A stretch of DNA of 64,000 bases from Toensbergia leucococca (taxonomy: Eukaryota): contig JALDZS010000017.1 in assembly GCA_022813965.1 (NCBI GenBank), positions 124,001-188,000 on the forward strand, read 5' to 3'. Shown piece by piece: positions 37,786 to 50,211 of the stretch. Position numbers and translations under genes: made by a program. The notes below the pieces were generated by a model, which was given only the letters and a program-made list of their open reading frames with translations, did not search any database and was not told where the DNA came from. Position 1 is the stretch's first letter. Each line of letters starts with the position of its first letter.

Positions 37786-39090
37786 GTGTCAGCCAGCAAT
37801 CCAAACGCAAAGCCGGCTAACAAAGGAAATCCAATCATCTTCACCAACGGCACACTTCTTACCATGGCAGGTGAGAACTTCCTTGCTGGTGGATGCATTA
37901 GTCCTCCTTGGTTACAAAATCATTACCGCCTTGACTCACAGAGGCGGAGCAAGCCGCCAGACCTGTGCAGACGACGATCAGCCTTGAGAACTGTTGTGAC
38001 CTTCCCTGATTTGTTGAGCCGCATCTCCTTACGCTAGTTTTAGTGAAGAACTCCTTTGTTAACCCTTTTGTTAACCTTTTGCCGACAACATCTCGGACGC
38101 ACCAAAGCGCCTTGGAAAAGATGCTAGAGGTTGTAAATACGGCGGAAAATGGTGTCTGCATATCAGGATTTGGCTATGATTCTTCGCTGGTGGATGAGCA
38201 CTTGGAACTCGACAAGGATCTCCTTGACTCGGTGTCCAAGACGAATCCATTGTTCGTAGTCAACCAATCAGAGCACCTTGCCTATCTTGATTCGGAAGCT
38301 TACAAGCGCACTTCAATTGATGACTCAACTACAGATCCTCATTACTTCAAGCGTGATGGGAAGCTCACTGGTGTCGTTGCGGAGGCCAATTGGACATCTT
38401 GCCTTATTTCTTCCTCCCACCCCTTCAGAGAAATATGCTGCTTAGGCTGGAGAATTTCTGGAAAGCTAGACGGCCAAGTGATGTACGATCGTCTTTGATG
38501 TCGGTATTGGGAGCATTTCAGCAGTGAAAGATGCCAATCTTTTGAAAACCTTCACTTCGCCTCCAACTTTACTGACTACACAGTCTCGCTTCCTTGGATC
38601 GCTGGCCAACTATGCTGCTTGTGACTTTGTCGACTTGTTGGCACCGCCACCCATCACGGTTGGAAAGATCAAATATCAAGCTATCAACTTTTAGACCAAA
38701 AGATTCAATCAGGGCTTCACGGCGGCAGTCAACGAGCCATATCTTGACTATGAAGACAACTCGTACTGGACGCTTGACTACCCGACCTCGGATGTGCTGT
38801 ACAAAGCCATAAGACCTTGGCTGCACGAAGGCTGGCAGATCATTATCCACTGCAACGGTGACCGCGCGGCCGACCAAGTCCTTGAAGTCTATGATACATT
38901 GTTTAAGAAATACCCAGACCGAGATCTAAGTATCATGCACCGCATTGAACATCTCACTGTGACGAATAAGCCCCAAGTGGAACAAACCAAAGATTTAGGA
39001 CTTGGTACTGGCCACACCTCGACACCATGGGCCACGTATACTATTACGGTCAAATATTACAGAGTATTCGATGGCTTCAGGGACTCATGA
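37786..39090 (+). pseudogene. YtcJ-like amidohydrolase (Amidohydro_3) pseudogene
   Basis: Fragments in different frames: IIFTNGTLLTMAG; ISGFGYDSSL...LLDSVSKTNPLFVVNQSEHLAYLDSEAY...DGKLTGVVAE; GWQIIIHCNGDRAADQVL; HRIEH. Multiple frameshifts and deletions; C-terminus missing. Confidence 0.8.
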
Positions 39091-39404
39091 AGTTTATAGC
39101 AGTAGGTTTTTGCAGCTATTTTACATGTTTCCGCTTACTTTCTGCCCGCTTCCGTGTCACATATGCATACCTACCCCTCGTTCAATGAGGGGTCGAGTCC
39201 TGGATCTGTAAGTGATCGACCTCTACCGATTCCGTGCATGAAGCGCCACAACGTTGCAGCATTTTCTTTCTTCCGCAAAACCTTCTCGGCTATATGTTCT
39301 TACCATTCATCCCCACCAAGCAGACAGATCTCAACCATCATTCCACCACGAGAAAGCCAGCCCATTGAAATCACTCGAACCCAGAAAAAAATACAGAAAT
39401 CGTA

Positions 39405-39944
39405 ATGGCGGCACCCCTTCCCCCCGCCCGCCGAATAGTCACCGGCCACAGCCCCGCCGGCAAAGCAATCGTCGAATCAGACACCACCTTCACAGCCGCC
39501 GACCCACGCATCTTCACCGCAAACGCCCCCAAACCCGACCCCAGCGAGCCAGCCCTCGGCTTCATCAACCTCTGGCGCACCCCGACCTTCCCGGCCCCCA
39601 TCCAAGGCCCCTGGGAAGAATTCCACGCCAAGCCCATCGAGCTCGCCGACCCCCTCGGCACTACCCTGCGCATCGTCGACTTCCCACCCCACCAGGACAC
39701 GGCCATGCATCGGACCGTGAGTCTGGATTTCGGCATCGTGCTCAAAGGCACCGTGGTCATGGAGCTGGATGATGGCGCTTGCACGGTTGTGGGGGAGGGG
39801 ACGACGGTCGTGCAGAGGGGCACAAGTCATGCGTGGTATAATCGAAGTGATGAGTGGGCAAGGATGGCATTTGTGTTGCTGCCCAGTCAGAAGGTTATTA
39901 TTGGGGGCGAGGAATTGGAGCCGCATAAATTCACGCATGAGTGA
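39405..39944 (+). CDS. Cupin (cupin_2 barrel) domain protein, single exon
   Basis: RRIVTGHSPAGKAIV, GTTLRIVDFPP, MHRTVSLDFGIVLKG, LDDG, VVQRGTSHAWYNRS and WARMAFVL. Confidence 0.92.
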   Translation: MAAPLPPARRIVTGHSPAGKAIVESDTTFTAADPRIFTANAPKPDPSEPALGFINLWRTPTFPAPIQGPWEEFHAKPIELADPLGTTLRIVDFPPHQDTAMHRTVSLDFGIVLKGTVVMELDDGACTVVGEGTTVVQRGTSHAWYNRSDEWARMAFVLLPSQKVIIGGEELEPHKFTHE

Positions 39945-40588
39945 GGGGGTGGCGTGGGCTGGATAATTAAGGGGGGGGTGGGGCAAGGGGCCATCAACTG
40001 GTCTTGGTAGCTTTTGTCGCCCCGTTTCTTTTAGGTTGGGTGGGGTTGGTCTTTGGCCCAGTCTCGGGCATGATTCACTCCCTACCTTCCGCGTAGGTAA
40101 ATCGATATGTTCCCCTCGGACGAGGAACTCCTTTTATCAACCACAACCCTCCCTCTCCCGCATTCCAACCCCATCTCTTCTCCCCCTCCATCCCTATCCT
40201 CCCTCTCCATCCCCCACCCCCCTTTCACCCCCACATCAACCTCTCATCCACCTTTTGAGCGCCAGGGAGAAGGGGAGGGGATGCTGCCCTCCCACCACGA
40301 AATAGCGCATCAAAATCTAAACAAAGGAAACGGGGTCCCGACCAGTTTCCAATAGAAATCATATTTCTGCCAACGGAAAGAAAATGGCTTTGAAAGAAAA
40401 AGCCCACCTACTTCGCTATCCTTCCCCTCCCCCCCAACACTATCTGATAGAGAAAAAAGAGCAAATATTGCGCCTCGAGACTATGCAATGCACCGACGCC
40501 CCCTTCCCCCGCCCCCCTCGACTCCCCGTGTAAAATGCAACCATATGCTAAATCCCCCGTCCACATCACACACACCCTCAACCCCTGA

Positions 40589-42984
40589 TCAATTGATCTC
40601 CATCCCCTCATCTTCCTCCACCTCCCCCTCCCCCTCCGCCTCCTCCATCTCCTCACTCTGTTGAACGTCACTCGACACCGCTCGAGCCTTGGACATGTCC
40701 CTCCCAGACCCACCAACCCCAAACTTACCTCCCCCCAAGCCTCCAACCATCTCCAACTCCTCCCCACCCACCACCCTCCCCTCAACATCAATCACCTCGC
40801 AAAGCTCCATCATGCTTTGACGACTCAACCTCCTGAACCCATCCGTTCGCACCAGGCGACCCCAGTGAGTCAGGCAGTAAGTCGCCGCCCGCCTCTTCAG
40901 CCATTCTTCTCCCGCTGTGCCCGCTCGGTCCCAGACGATAGCTGCGTGCTCAACATCCAGTTCCCTGCTGAGTCGATGGATGCACAATAGCCGGAGTCGT
41001 GGCATATCATACACGTTTGCCATGACCAATAGTCCTGCCACCACACCTAGGTCTGGGCAGTATATTGAATGCTTGATGATGCTATCAGTGTATAGATAGT
41101 ATAGGAAAGCTCGCACCACTGGGTAGGGTTCTGGGATGTGCATCTTCTTGGTATGAAACTCGGCCATTTGCGACGCATAGACTCGGTTGAAGTGGGGCCA
41201 ACGGGCCTGCAATATCAGTTTGTGGACATGTATGGCTGTAGAGGTTGAAGCGGGGAAGGAACTTGGCGTTTGATCCTCGACTTCGGTGAAAGTTGAAGCA
41301 GCCAATATGATTTCCTCGCCTGCTTCTTCGTCTTTCTCGCCAGTAATGACGAAATCACTGCAGCTTCCCGACTCAGGCACTTGGTCAAACATCGATGCAA
41401 GATCTGCCCCAAGACTACTAAGATTTGATGTAGGGTGTGTGTCTGACGCAGGCATCTTACTTGGTTCAGCACAGGATTCTGGCGTCAAGTCGTTACCTAA
41501 GAGACCAAATCTCCGCAAATCAAGTGGTAGAACATCGCTCAGATACTCTTCAAAGGCACCAGCACCGTTCTCTGGAGACTCGTTCGCGCAGCCCAATAGC
41601 CATGCCTTGGTCCCATCTTCGTTCATGGCGCAGTAGTGCCACCTATACCCATGATCAAAGATCTCGGGTCCTTCAGCTAGCTTTTGCCATTGCAAGGCAT
41701 CAAGCTCAAGAGCTGAGAGATTGCACTCCGAGGGTCGAATTGTACCTGCTGGCGTGACAAAGTCGAGTAATGCCCCGGAAGAGTAGACGTGGAAATGAGT
41801 GCCCAGTGCCTGTGACGGAACATTCGGGCCAGAGACAAACCTCATGGATGAAATCGCACCCGGTGCAACTGGCTTTGGGATCAGCGATGAAGCTCGTACC
41901 TGAACACTGCTGGAATTTGCAGTATATCCACTAGATCCTGTGACTATGTGCTGTGGTTGATTATATTGCGCAAATTGAGATCGTGGACTTGCCGCTGTTC
42001 TTCCACCAGCACTTGAGTTTGAGGATTCTGATACGCCGTAGGCTGGGACAGTCTTGAAAGCAGGACTACTCTTCAAATCAAGCCACCAAAGTTCCCCCGT
42101 CCGCTCCATGTCAGGGCCAAGACCACCAAACACCCAAATACGGCCGCCCCAAACCCAGGTCGAGTGATCGAATCGGCCAACAAAGCTCCAAGTCCGGGAC
42201 CAAGTCCAGGTTTTCAGATCTAGGTAACATATCTCATCTAATGTGTATGTTTCGGTTCCAGCCAAACCTCCGACGACGTAGAGTTTCTCGTCATAGATTA
42301 CTGCTGCATGCCGAGCTCTACCTTTGGGAATCGGGCCTCGAATATCTGGTTGAATCCAATGAGCAGTTTTCAGGTCGAAGATGATGATGTCGGAAAGATA
42401 TTCGCGATGCTCATTTTCTCCACCGTATATGAGAAGTTTGTGTCCTTGCCATAAACAGGCCGTATGCCCTAGACGCATGGTAAGCAAGAGAAGTTCCAGG
42501 CCTTGTGATTTTTTCATACCCATTCGGACACCCGGGATATCACCATAATTATCGACCAAGCTCCACTGAAGACTTGCTAGGTCTAGCTTGAGGACATGAT
42601 TGTACACTGAGGGCACACCCCGTCAGTTGGTTCGATTAGGCGAGTCAACAGCCAATAAGGTGCGACCTTACCTTCATCCGTATACTGATCAAACCCCCCA
42701 AAGGCATAAATCTGGTTGTTTCCACAATATGTCACTGATGCATTGACTAAGCAAGCGGGTCTCTGGCCGCAAGTTCTTGCTATCATCGGCTTGTAGCTGT
42801 CACTACCCCTCGGACGGCCTTTGACGGGGCTAGTGGGCATGAGGTAGGTGTTGTTTGAGGATGAAGCTGAGGCCGGCGTCCTCGAGAAACTTCCGTAGCC
42901 ATGCCATGAGTTAGGAACCATCTGTAGCTGCTGTGACGCGGGGAAGGTAGTACTGGTGGAGGGAGTGTGGGGCTGATGTTCCAT
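40589..42984 (-). CDS. Kelch-repeat + BTB/POZ domain protein (LZTR1/Ral2-like), 3 exons
   Basis: ATG at 42984. IYAFGGFDQYTDE|VYNHVL, kelch repeats (YGGENE, VVGG, VFGG) and BTB (SDFVI, IHVHKLILQARWPHF, AFLYYLYTD). Two GT-AG introns; the second is 51 nt and in frame. Confidence 0.9.
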
Positions 42985-43681
42985 TTGGTCGTTCCTCACA
43001 TCATGCGTTCTTCAGTGGAGCCCAGAGCAGTAGCACTAAAGGTTGGATGCAAGCAAGTAGATGAAGACCAGTTGACATTCTCGATTCACAAGAAAGAAGA
43101 AGTAAGACGTATTGCGAAGTTGAAGTGGAAAAGTTCAAGTTCACATACCGCTTCACCATTGAGGGTTGAGACCGCTTTGAGCTTAGCCTCGATTAGCGCC
43201 TTAGCACATTGTCGTTGCACGGCCAACGGCACATTTACATTTAGACGATAGAATACAATACAAATTACTTCAGACTTCCCTTCTTCCACCATCCACCATC
43301 CTCTTCTACAACATCTCTTCCCTCCGCTCATCTCACCCTTCTACTGTTCTCTGCATTTATTGCATCAAAAACCTCTACCTTCTGCACATAAAGCCTATCA
43401 ATCTATTAGATCAATTCGATTATCGATACTCAAAGTATTGTAACATCCTATCTATCTGATCGACCCACCGATTGAGAGCTTCTTTGCAAAGGGAACTCGA
43501 TTAACTCAACCTTCTTCGGAATCATAACATCAAGCTACTAACCATATCCAGGATCCATTCAGTTGAGAGTCTTGGAATCTTGTTCGATACCGGAACCTTT
43601 CGACAACCATCATTGGTTAATCGATAATACTAACCTGAAGATACTTTGATCGATACATTAATTTGTCCTTTCGATCTAACA

Positions 43682-45588
43682 ATGGCAACTGCCACGATAT
43701 CAACACCCCTCAAGAGCCATCATGGCATCTTCTCCACACGCACTGCTGGCGGTCGTATGCCCTTAACACCGTCGCCGCGCACGCGAACAACTAGCCTAGC
43801 TTCAAATACTGCCGCTATTCCATCTCCATTCACAACGCCCCGAGATTCCGCCGAGAGCAGCAGAGCACCTTCTCAATCGGCCTACGGTAATCTTTCGTCA
43901 TACTTTGCCAGGTCAACGTCAAAAACATATCGTGACTCGCCCAAATCAAACATTGCCAAGGCCAAGAACTCGCCTCGACATCTCGAACTTGGTGTGTCAG
44001 ACTGGACGCTGACTGGTACCGGGACAGCCATTGGGCAAACACCGTCAAAGAGCTGCAGTCGAAAGAAGGGCCCCTTGCGTTCAAGATCAGGCAAGACTAC
44101 AATCCGTCTCGATGCCGGAGATCGTTTCATTCCAAATCGAAGTGCCAGCGATGGTCTAGCTATTGCTGGTTCCGGTAAGCTTGACAACGATAGTCATCGA
44201 CCAAAGACCGGTAGTGGTGAGGGTTCGACAATTTTAGCTAGTGCTGCAAGCGCTTTCGGTCTTGGTGGATCAAATGTGGAGGATGATGCCATAGCAGCGC
44301 TGGATGGCTTGACCTTGGACGAACCCGAGGACACCACATCATACACAAAGCCCGCTCCTGATACTCTTGCCTACGAGTCTTCTCTTGCCTCTGCTTGCGG
44401 AGTTTCTCTCAATACTCGTATCCTTGCTTTCAAGCCAGCGCCACCAGAATCATCCAAGCCGATTGATCTTCGGTCACAGTACAATCGTCCCCTCAAATCT
44501 GCCAATACAACATCTGCACAATTCCGCCGGAGAGTATTGACTGCTCCAGAGCGTGTTCTTGATGCTCCTGGGCTAGTCGACGATTATTATCTCAACCTTC
44601 TGGATTGGAGTTCTGGGAATCAAGTGGCAATCGGCCTTGAACGCAACGTCTACGTCTGGTCGGCAGAGACTGGGACTGTCAGCAGCCTTTTGGAAACTTC
44701 GGCCGATACATATGTAAGCAGTGTCAAGTGGAGCGGAGATGGTGCCTATGTTGGAGTCGGTCTTGGCACTGGCGAAGTTCAGATTTGGGATGTCGAGGAA
44801 GGAACAAAGCTTCGCAGCATGCATGGCCATGAGACTCGCGTCGGTGTCATGGGCTGGAACAAGCATATCCTCTCCACTGGTGCGCGGAGTGGCCTGGTCT
44901 ACAACCACGACGTTCGCGTTGCGCAACACAAGATCGCCGAACTTGTCTCTCATACCTCGGAGGTCTGCGGACTAGACTGGAGGTCAGATGGTGCTCAGCT
45001 CGCCACAGGAGGAAACGACAATCTGGTGTCGATCTGGGATGCTCGATCGTTGGGGGCACCTAAATTTCAGAAAACCAATCACCGTGCTGCCGTCAAAGCC
45101 TTGAGCTGGTGCCCCTGGCAATTAAACCTCCTTGCAACGGGTGGGGGCTCGTACGATAGACATATCCACTTCTGGAATACGACAACAGGTGCCCGAACAA
45201 ACAGCATCGACACCGGTTCGCAAGTCACCAGTCTACGGTGGAGTAATCATTATCGCGAGATTGTCAGTTCAAGCGGCTTCCCAGACAATTCTTTGAGTAT
45301 CTGGAGCTACCCGACATTGGTACGAAACGTAGAGATTCCAGCACATGAAACTAGAGTACTGCACAGCTGCCTCAGCCCTGATGGACAGATGCTGGCAACA
45401 GCCGGTAAGACAGATTGTATTGATTTTGAAATAGGCCTCCAGGCTGACGAGTCTGAATAGCTGCGGACGAGAGTCTCAAATTCTGGAAGATCTTCGAAAA
45501 GAAGCCTGGCTCAGCATCATCGATATCACGGGAAGGAGGCGTGACTGGCAAGGGTGGTGATATGGTCAAGCAAATGACGATACGATGA
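43682..45588 (+). CDS. CDC20: APC/C activator Cdc20/Slp1 (fizzy), 2 exons
   Basis: C-box DRFIPNR, RILAF motif, ERVLDAPGLVDDYYLNLLDWS and a WD40 propeller. An intron near 45405-45460 joins to ADESLKFW and the C-terminal IR tail (KQMTIR*). Confidence 0.96.
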
Positions 45589-46312
45589 GGAACATGGGCC
45601 TCGTGGTTTTGATCTAAGCTAAGCGTCTGTCTTTTCAGCATGAGTCGGCGTCTGGGTTCCTTTGGCACAAGGATTTGTTCACTCGGATGAGCGGCGCCTG
45701 TCTTGCTGCCACTGGCGGCGAGGAAGTCTTTTTTCTGATTACTGTAGTATTCTTAACAGAAATGCAATCACATTCATTACTCACTAGTATATTATCTCCC
45801 AGATATTCTATCTGGATGTTACAGTGACGACACGCCTATGAACAAAGGTGGAACACACGAGGCCTAGGTAGTGGTCTCGCAAGGGGCTTTCTTTGGCGGA
45901 GACAGTCCCACGACTCGGGCAATTTAGTGATCTTTTCCATTTATACTTGTAAGGGTCATATTAAATGGCCTAGGAGCTGAATAGGCTATGGCAGTGTCGA
46001 GCCTGTAATTGCTGTCCAAAGAACTTTCCACATGAAAAACAGGGAATCGACAACATGATGCCCCCCCCCCCACTCGCCCTTTTGCTAGTGTGTCTCTAAA
46101 TCTTGCTCAGAAGAGGAAATTAGTTATAGTGGAAGCTTTTTTTTCGTTAATGGGTTCTGAGAAAGAAAAAGGAATGATGGGGGATGGGGGATGGATGCGT
46201 TTTGTTATGCGTTTTGGTTTAGTTAGTTAGTTCTGCCAGATCTGGGTTGTGGGTTTGGGTATTGGAGGAGAGGTTGATGAGGTGGTTGTGTGTCTGGATT
46301 TTATCATAATCG

Positions 46313-46317
46313 TTTTT

Positions 46318-46351
<34 letters not shown>

Positions 46352-46373
46352 AGTTTTGTTGCCCTGCCCTTTT

Positions 46374-46406
<33 letters not shown>
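46313..46406. repeat. Paired poly-T/poly-G homopolymers (T14-C-G24 and T6-G31)
   Basis: G runs at 46328-46351 and 46376-46406, read directly. Confidence 0.9.
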
Positions 46407-46407
<1 letters not shown>

Positions 46408-48449
46408 AGGTAGATGATTTGTGAAATCGAAGCTATTCCGTCTGGACTGGACGTCTCATTTGGCAAACTTTTTGCCCCAACTTCACTCCGTTTTGTTTTG
46501 GGATGATGCGCTTTGTAGATGAGATGGGGGAATCGAAGCTTACCGTATTTTTCAAAACGCTGGTCTATATAGATAGAAAAAATGGAAAGTCTATGTACGT
46601 AAATGCACAAAGGTTAGGTTGTTGTGTGCCACAATTTCGACCTCGAACCCCGCCCCCCATTTAGTTACCCGTCAATCAACCCTCTCAAAACCCTCATTTC
46701 GAAATTTTAGCTTTCTCCAGGTTTGGCTTTTTGTATCCCTCTATTACTCTTTCGGCCAGCAAATAACATGTCCCATCAAAAGTACAGTGACTCGTTTTCC
46801 GCAAAACCGGGGGGGGGGGCGGGCCCTAAAGCGCCTTTTTTTTGCCTTCGATCGAGAGAATACCAATTCAAATCAGAATAGCGGCTGTTACAAATATATG
46901 AGCAATCGCCATTGGGGCCCACGCCCGCTCTTGATATGCGATGGTGACGAGGTTGCTTCGGGGGGCGAAGGAAAGGTGTAAATGCGGCTCGAGAATCGGG
47001 ATTGATTGGTTTTTACTTGTAGAAGGTGAGCTGAGAATTTTGGTATTTGAAACCAAGTACTCATATTCAACGGGATAGCGTTGGTTATCTTGGGTGTTTT
47101 TGAAGATCAGGGGGGGGGGGGGAAAGGGGGAGACTATTACAAGGGGGGCTGAGTGAGAAGAATTATCTAAAAGTGATTGAGTGAAAAGATGTATACAATG
47201 ATCCCTTTCGAAATTCTGCATGACAGTTTTTGGCACCCATTTCCAACAGATCATGAGCCCCTATTCTGGCTTTTTTAAAACTTCATTCAGTAGAATAGAG
47301 TGGGTTGCCAACCCAATGTATCAACCACCTCATCATTTTTCTTCCTCTAAAAAAAAAAAAACTAGGTAGACACCAAGATGCTCATTACCAGCCGGGCGCT
47401 CAGATGTGAGAAAGTTGAAAAAAGGCCATTCACCACCGCTAAAGTATTGAATTTCACTCCAAAAAAAAACATTGAGATGGGGTAATGTAAAAAGTTATGG
47501 AAACTTTTACCTATAATCGTGCCAAGGTAAACGTCGTCATCAGAATTCAAGTGTTTTTTTGATTCTCAGGATTGGTAGAGAGGCTGCTATTTCAGGTAGT
47601 GATGAGACTGACAAAGTCATATAATATGATGTTCTTTTTCCGGGGCGGGAAAAACAAAATAGAGGTTGAAAGTAAGGTTCGGGTTTTCCCTTGAGGAGAG
47701 AGGAAGAAGGGGGTGCCGGGGTAAGGGGGAGGGCTCACAGAGAGTAATCAACAGACACAATCAACACAACAACAATTACAAGAGTCATCATAACATGTGC
47801 ATACATATATTGAGAATCCGTCACAAGCAAAGTCTCTTCTTCATCATTCTTTCACCAGTCAGCCCATCTCATCGCACGCTGCCCTCAAGCAAAAAATGAA
47901 AATCAAAGAAATCACCCCTCGCCCTCTGGCATCCCTCACCTCAAATTCGGAAATTAGCCGCTTCCGGAAGCATACATTCTATCGGCTAGAAAACCCCACC
48001 ACTCTCCCTTTTTCTTGAGAAGACAAAACAACGTCCAGTTTGGCGCATCTGCATCAAATTTGCAAAGAAAAACGGCCCCCAAATTCGCCATTTCTCCTTA
48101 TCCGTTTCAACAGAAAGTTCAAAAAAACCGGGACGGTCTGAAACCGACCCGACCCTCCTTTGCCACCTAATCATGCCTTCGCGCGCCATAGCAAAGCCAA
48201 AGAGTGGGTAGGGGGTGCAAAAGGCAACGATAGAAACCTAGTGTGGCGTGATCCGTCGAGAGAAAGACGCAACAACGGGACGGGAGCGAGTTAGAATAGA
48301 GGGCCCCATGGTCAACCTATCAAGCCAGGAAAGTGAAAAAAGCCAAAGGGTTGGTGAAAACGGGAAGACGGCCCGCATGACCGGACCGGCACGGCACGGA
48401 CGGGCTTGCATGGAAATGTTGGAAGCGGGATGGTTCGCTTATTTGGTGG

Positions 48450-50211
48450 CTACCATTCGAATTCGCCCTGCGCTTTGTGAAAGACATATCTGTTGTTTCC
48501 TTCGCATTAGCGCTCTTGGCATACAATAGATAGGTGACCAATTTTACATACTCTCTGCCGCCGGTAGTCAAGACACCGTCTTTGAGTGTGCACTTCCACT
48601 TGTTTTTGACCCGTTGCACCTTGTCATATGTGCATAGCATGATCTCGCCTTCCTTGCCGTCGTCCTCACCTTCCTCCACAACATTATCATCTGGGTCGTC
48701 GAGATCAGAGTTGATTGCGTCCTCGTCGTCAAGATCCAGGTCCGGCTCCGGAGTCGGCTCCGGGTCTGGGTCGTCTTTGATTCCGGTTTTGTCATCTTCC
48801 TCGGACTCGTCGCCACCGTCGTACTGAGGAATCTTAGGCATATGACTGAAGTCTGTAGGTTGTGCCGAATGAAGGCTACTTACGGCCGTCGATCTGACGA
48901 ATCCGGACTTTTTACTTTTGGGCTTCTTGGAATGCTCTGACATTGGTAACATCAGCCCTCCCCCTTCCCTTGCCTGGCTTGCTTGTTCAACTTGTTCCCT
49001 GATGGTAAGATTGGCTTCATGCATCCCGTTAGGATTACGCAATGCATCAGCGCGTCGCTGAGCCACCATAGCATTCCAGTCTCCAGCTCCGTCCGTCTGA
49101 GCGTTGTTAATGCTGGATCTCTGCTGAGCTTGTTGTAATTGTTGATAATGCTGTTGCTGCTGTTGCTGCCGACGTTGTTGCTCGAGCATTATTCTTTGCT
49201 GTTCCCCAATTTGCTGCCTCTGCGGTTGTAGCTGTGCGTTCGGAGGTCGTTGCTGAAGCTGTTGGCCTGAACCTACTAGGGCGGCTTGAGCCTGAAGCTG
49301 ATTAATCTGTGGGCGTGCCCGATCTCCAAATCTCTGATCTAGTTGCTGTGCGGCACGTTGCTGAGCCGTTTGAGGAGGGTAAGACATTGGAAGGCCATTG
49401 TTCAGAGAAATTCCTTGGTTATCATAGGCAGTCTGTGGCTCGGCCTTGATGCGAATGTCAGGCGGATTGCTGTATGGTGCTGAAACTGGGGTTGGCGGAG
49501 GTGCACTGGATAGTAGTTGTTGGGGTCGAGGTACGTTTGATGGCACGGGAGCAGGATTGGCCATTGGTTGGGGCGCCGGCGGAGGTTCCCAGGGAAAGGA
49601 ACCAACATTGAGGGCAGTGAGCCGTTTTTGCCATGTCTATAGTAAAGGTCAGCAGGGTGTAAGATGGCACTGGAAAAGGATGAAGATGGAAGATGATGGC
49701 CTTTTATCCAAATCCAGTAAGGCGTGCTTTTTTTCGGGCCAGAATACCGAGACAACACAAGCGAGGCTCGTGCTCGTATAAAAAATGAGTCAAAGTGCCG
49801 GCTACCCCCAGAAAATCCAGATCAAAAAAACAGAGCCCCGCTTTTCGCCTTTGCCCGCCCAAAATCCAAGAATCCCCACACCAGCCAAATAACACATGCA
49901 ATTCAGCCTCTCATGTCGATAAAGATCATTGCGATAAAGAAAAAGACAAGTACACTTGATAAACACGATTTCGATGTGGAAATGCAAAAATTAAAGAGGT
50001 CGAACCTACCGCTCTCAGATCATCCAATGTTTGCTGATCCACGCCATCCTCTTCAAACGTGACATGGCAACTCTGAATCACATCTTCAATGACACGAGTA
50101 TATACGGAACCCTGTGATGGATCATGTCCTCAGTATCAGCTTTGCAGTATTGCGCAAGAAAGAGCTTCTTGGCCACCGCAAGAGCACACTGACCACGAGC
50201 TGGTTCGACAT
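48450..50211 (-). CDS. TOA1: Transcription factor IIA large (alpha/beta) subunit, 4 exons
   Basis: MSNQLV|GSVYTRVIEDVIQSCHVTFEEDGVDQQTLDDLRA|TWQKRL, a Q-rich linker, DAINSDLDDPDD, and MLCTYDKVQRVKNKWKCTLKDGVLTTGGRE|YVFHKAQGEFEW*. Confidence 0.96.

Noticed and set aside
46227..46610. Poly-proline ORF
   Set aside because: Artefact of the poly-G runs; no coding features.
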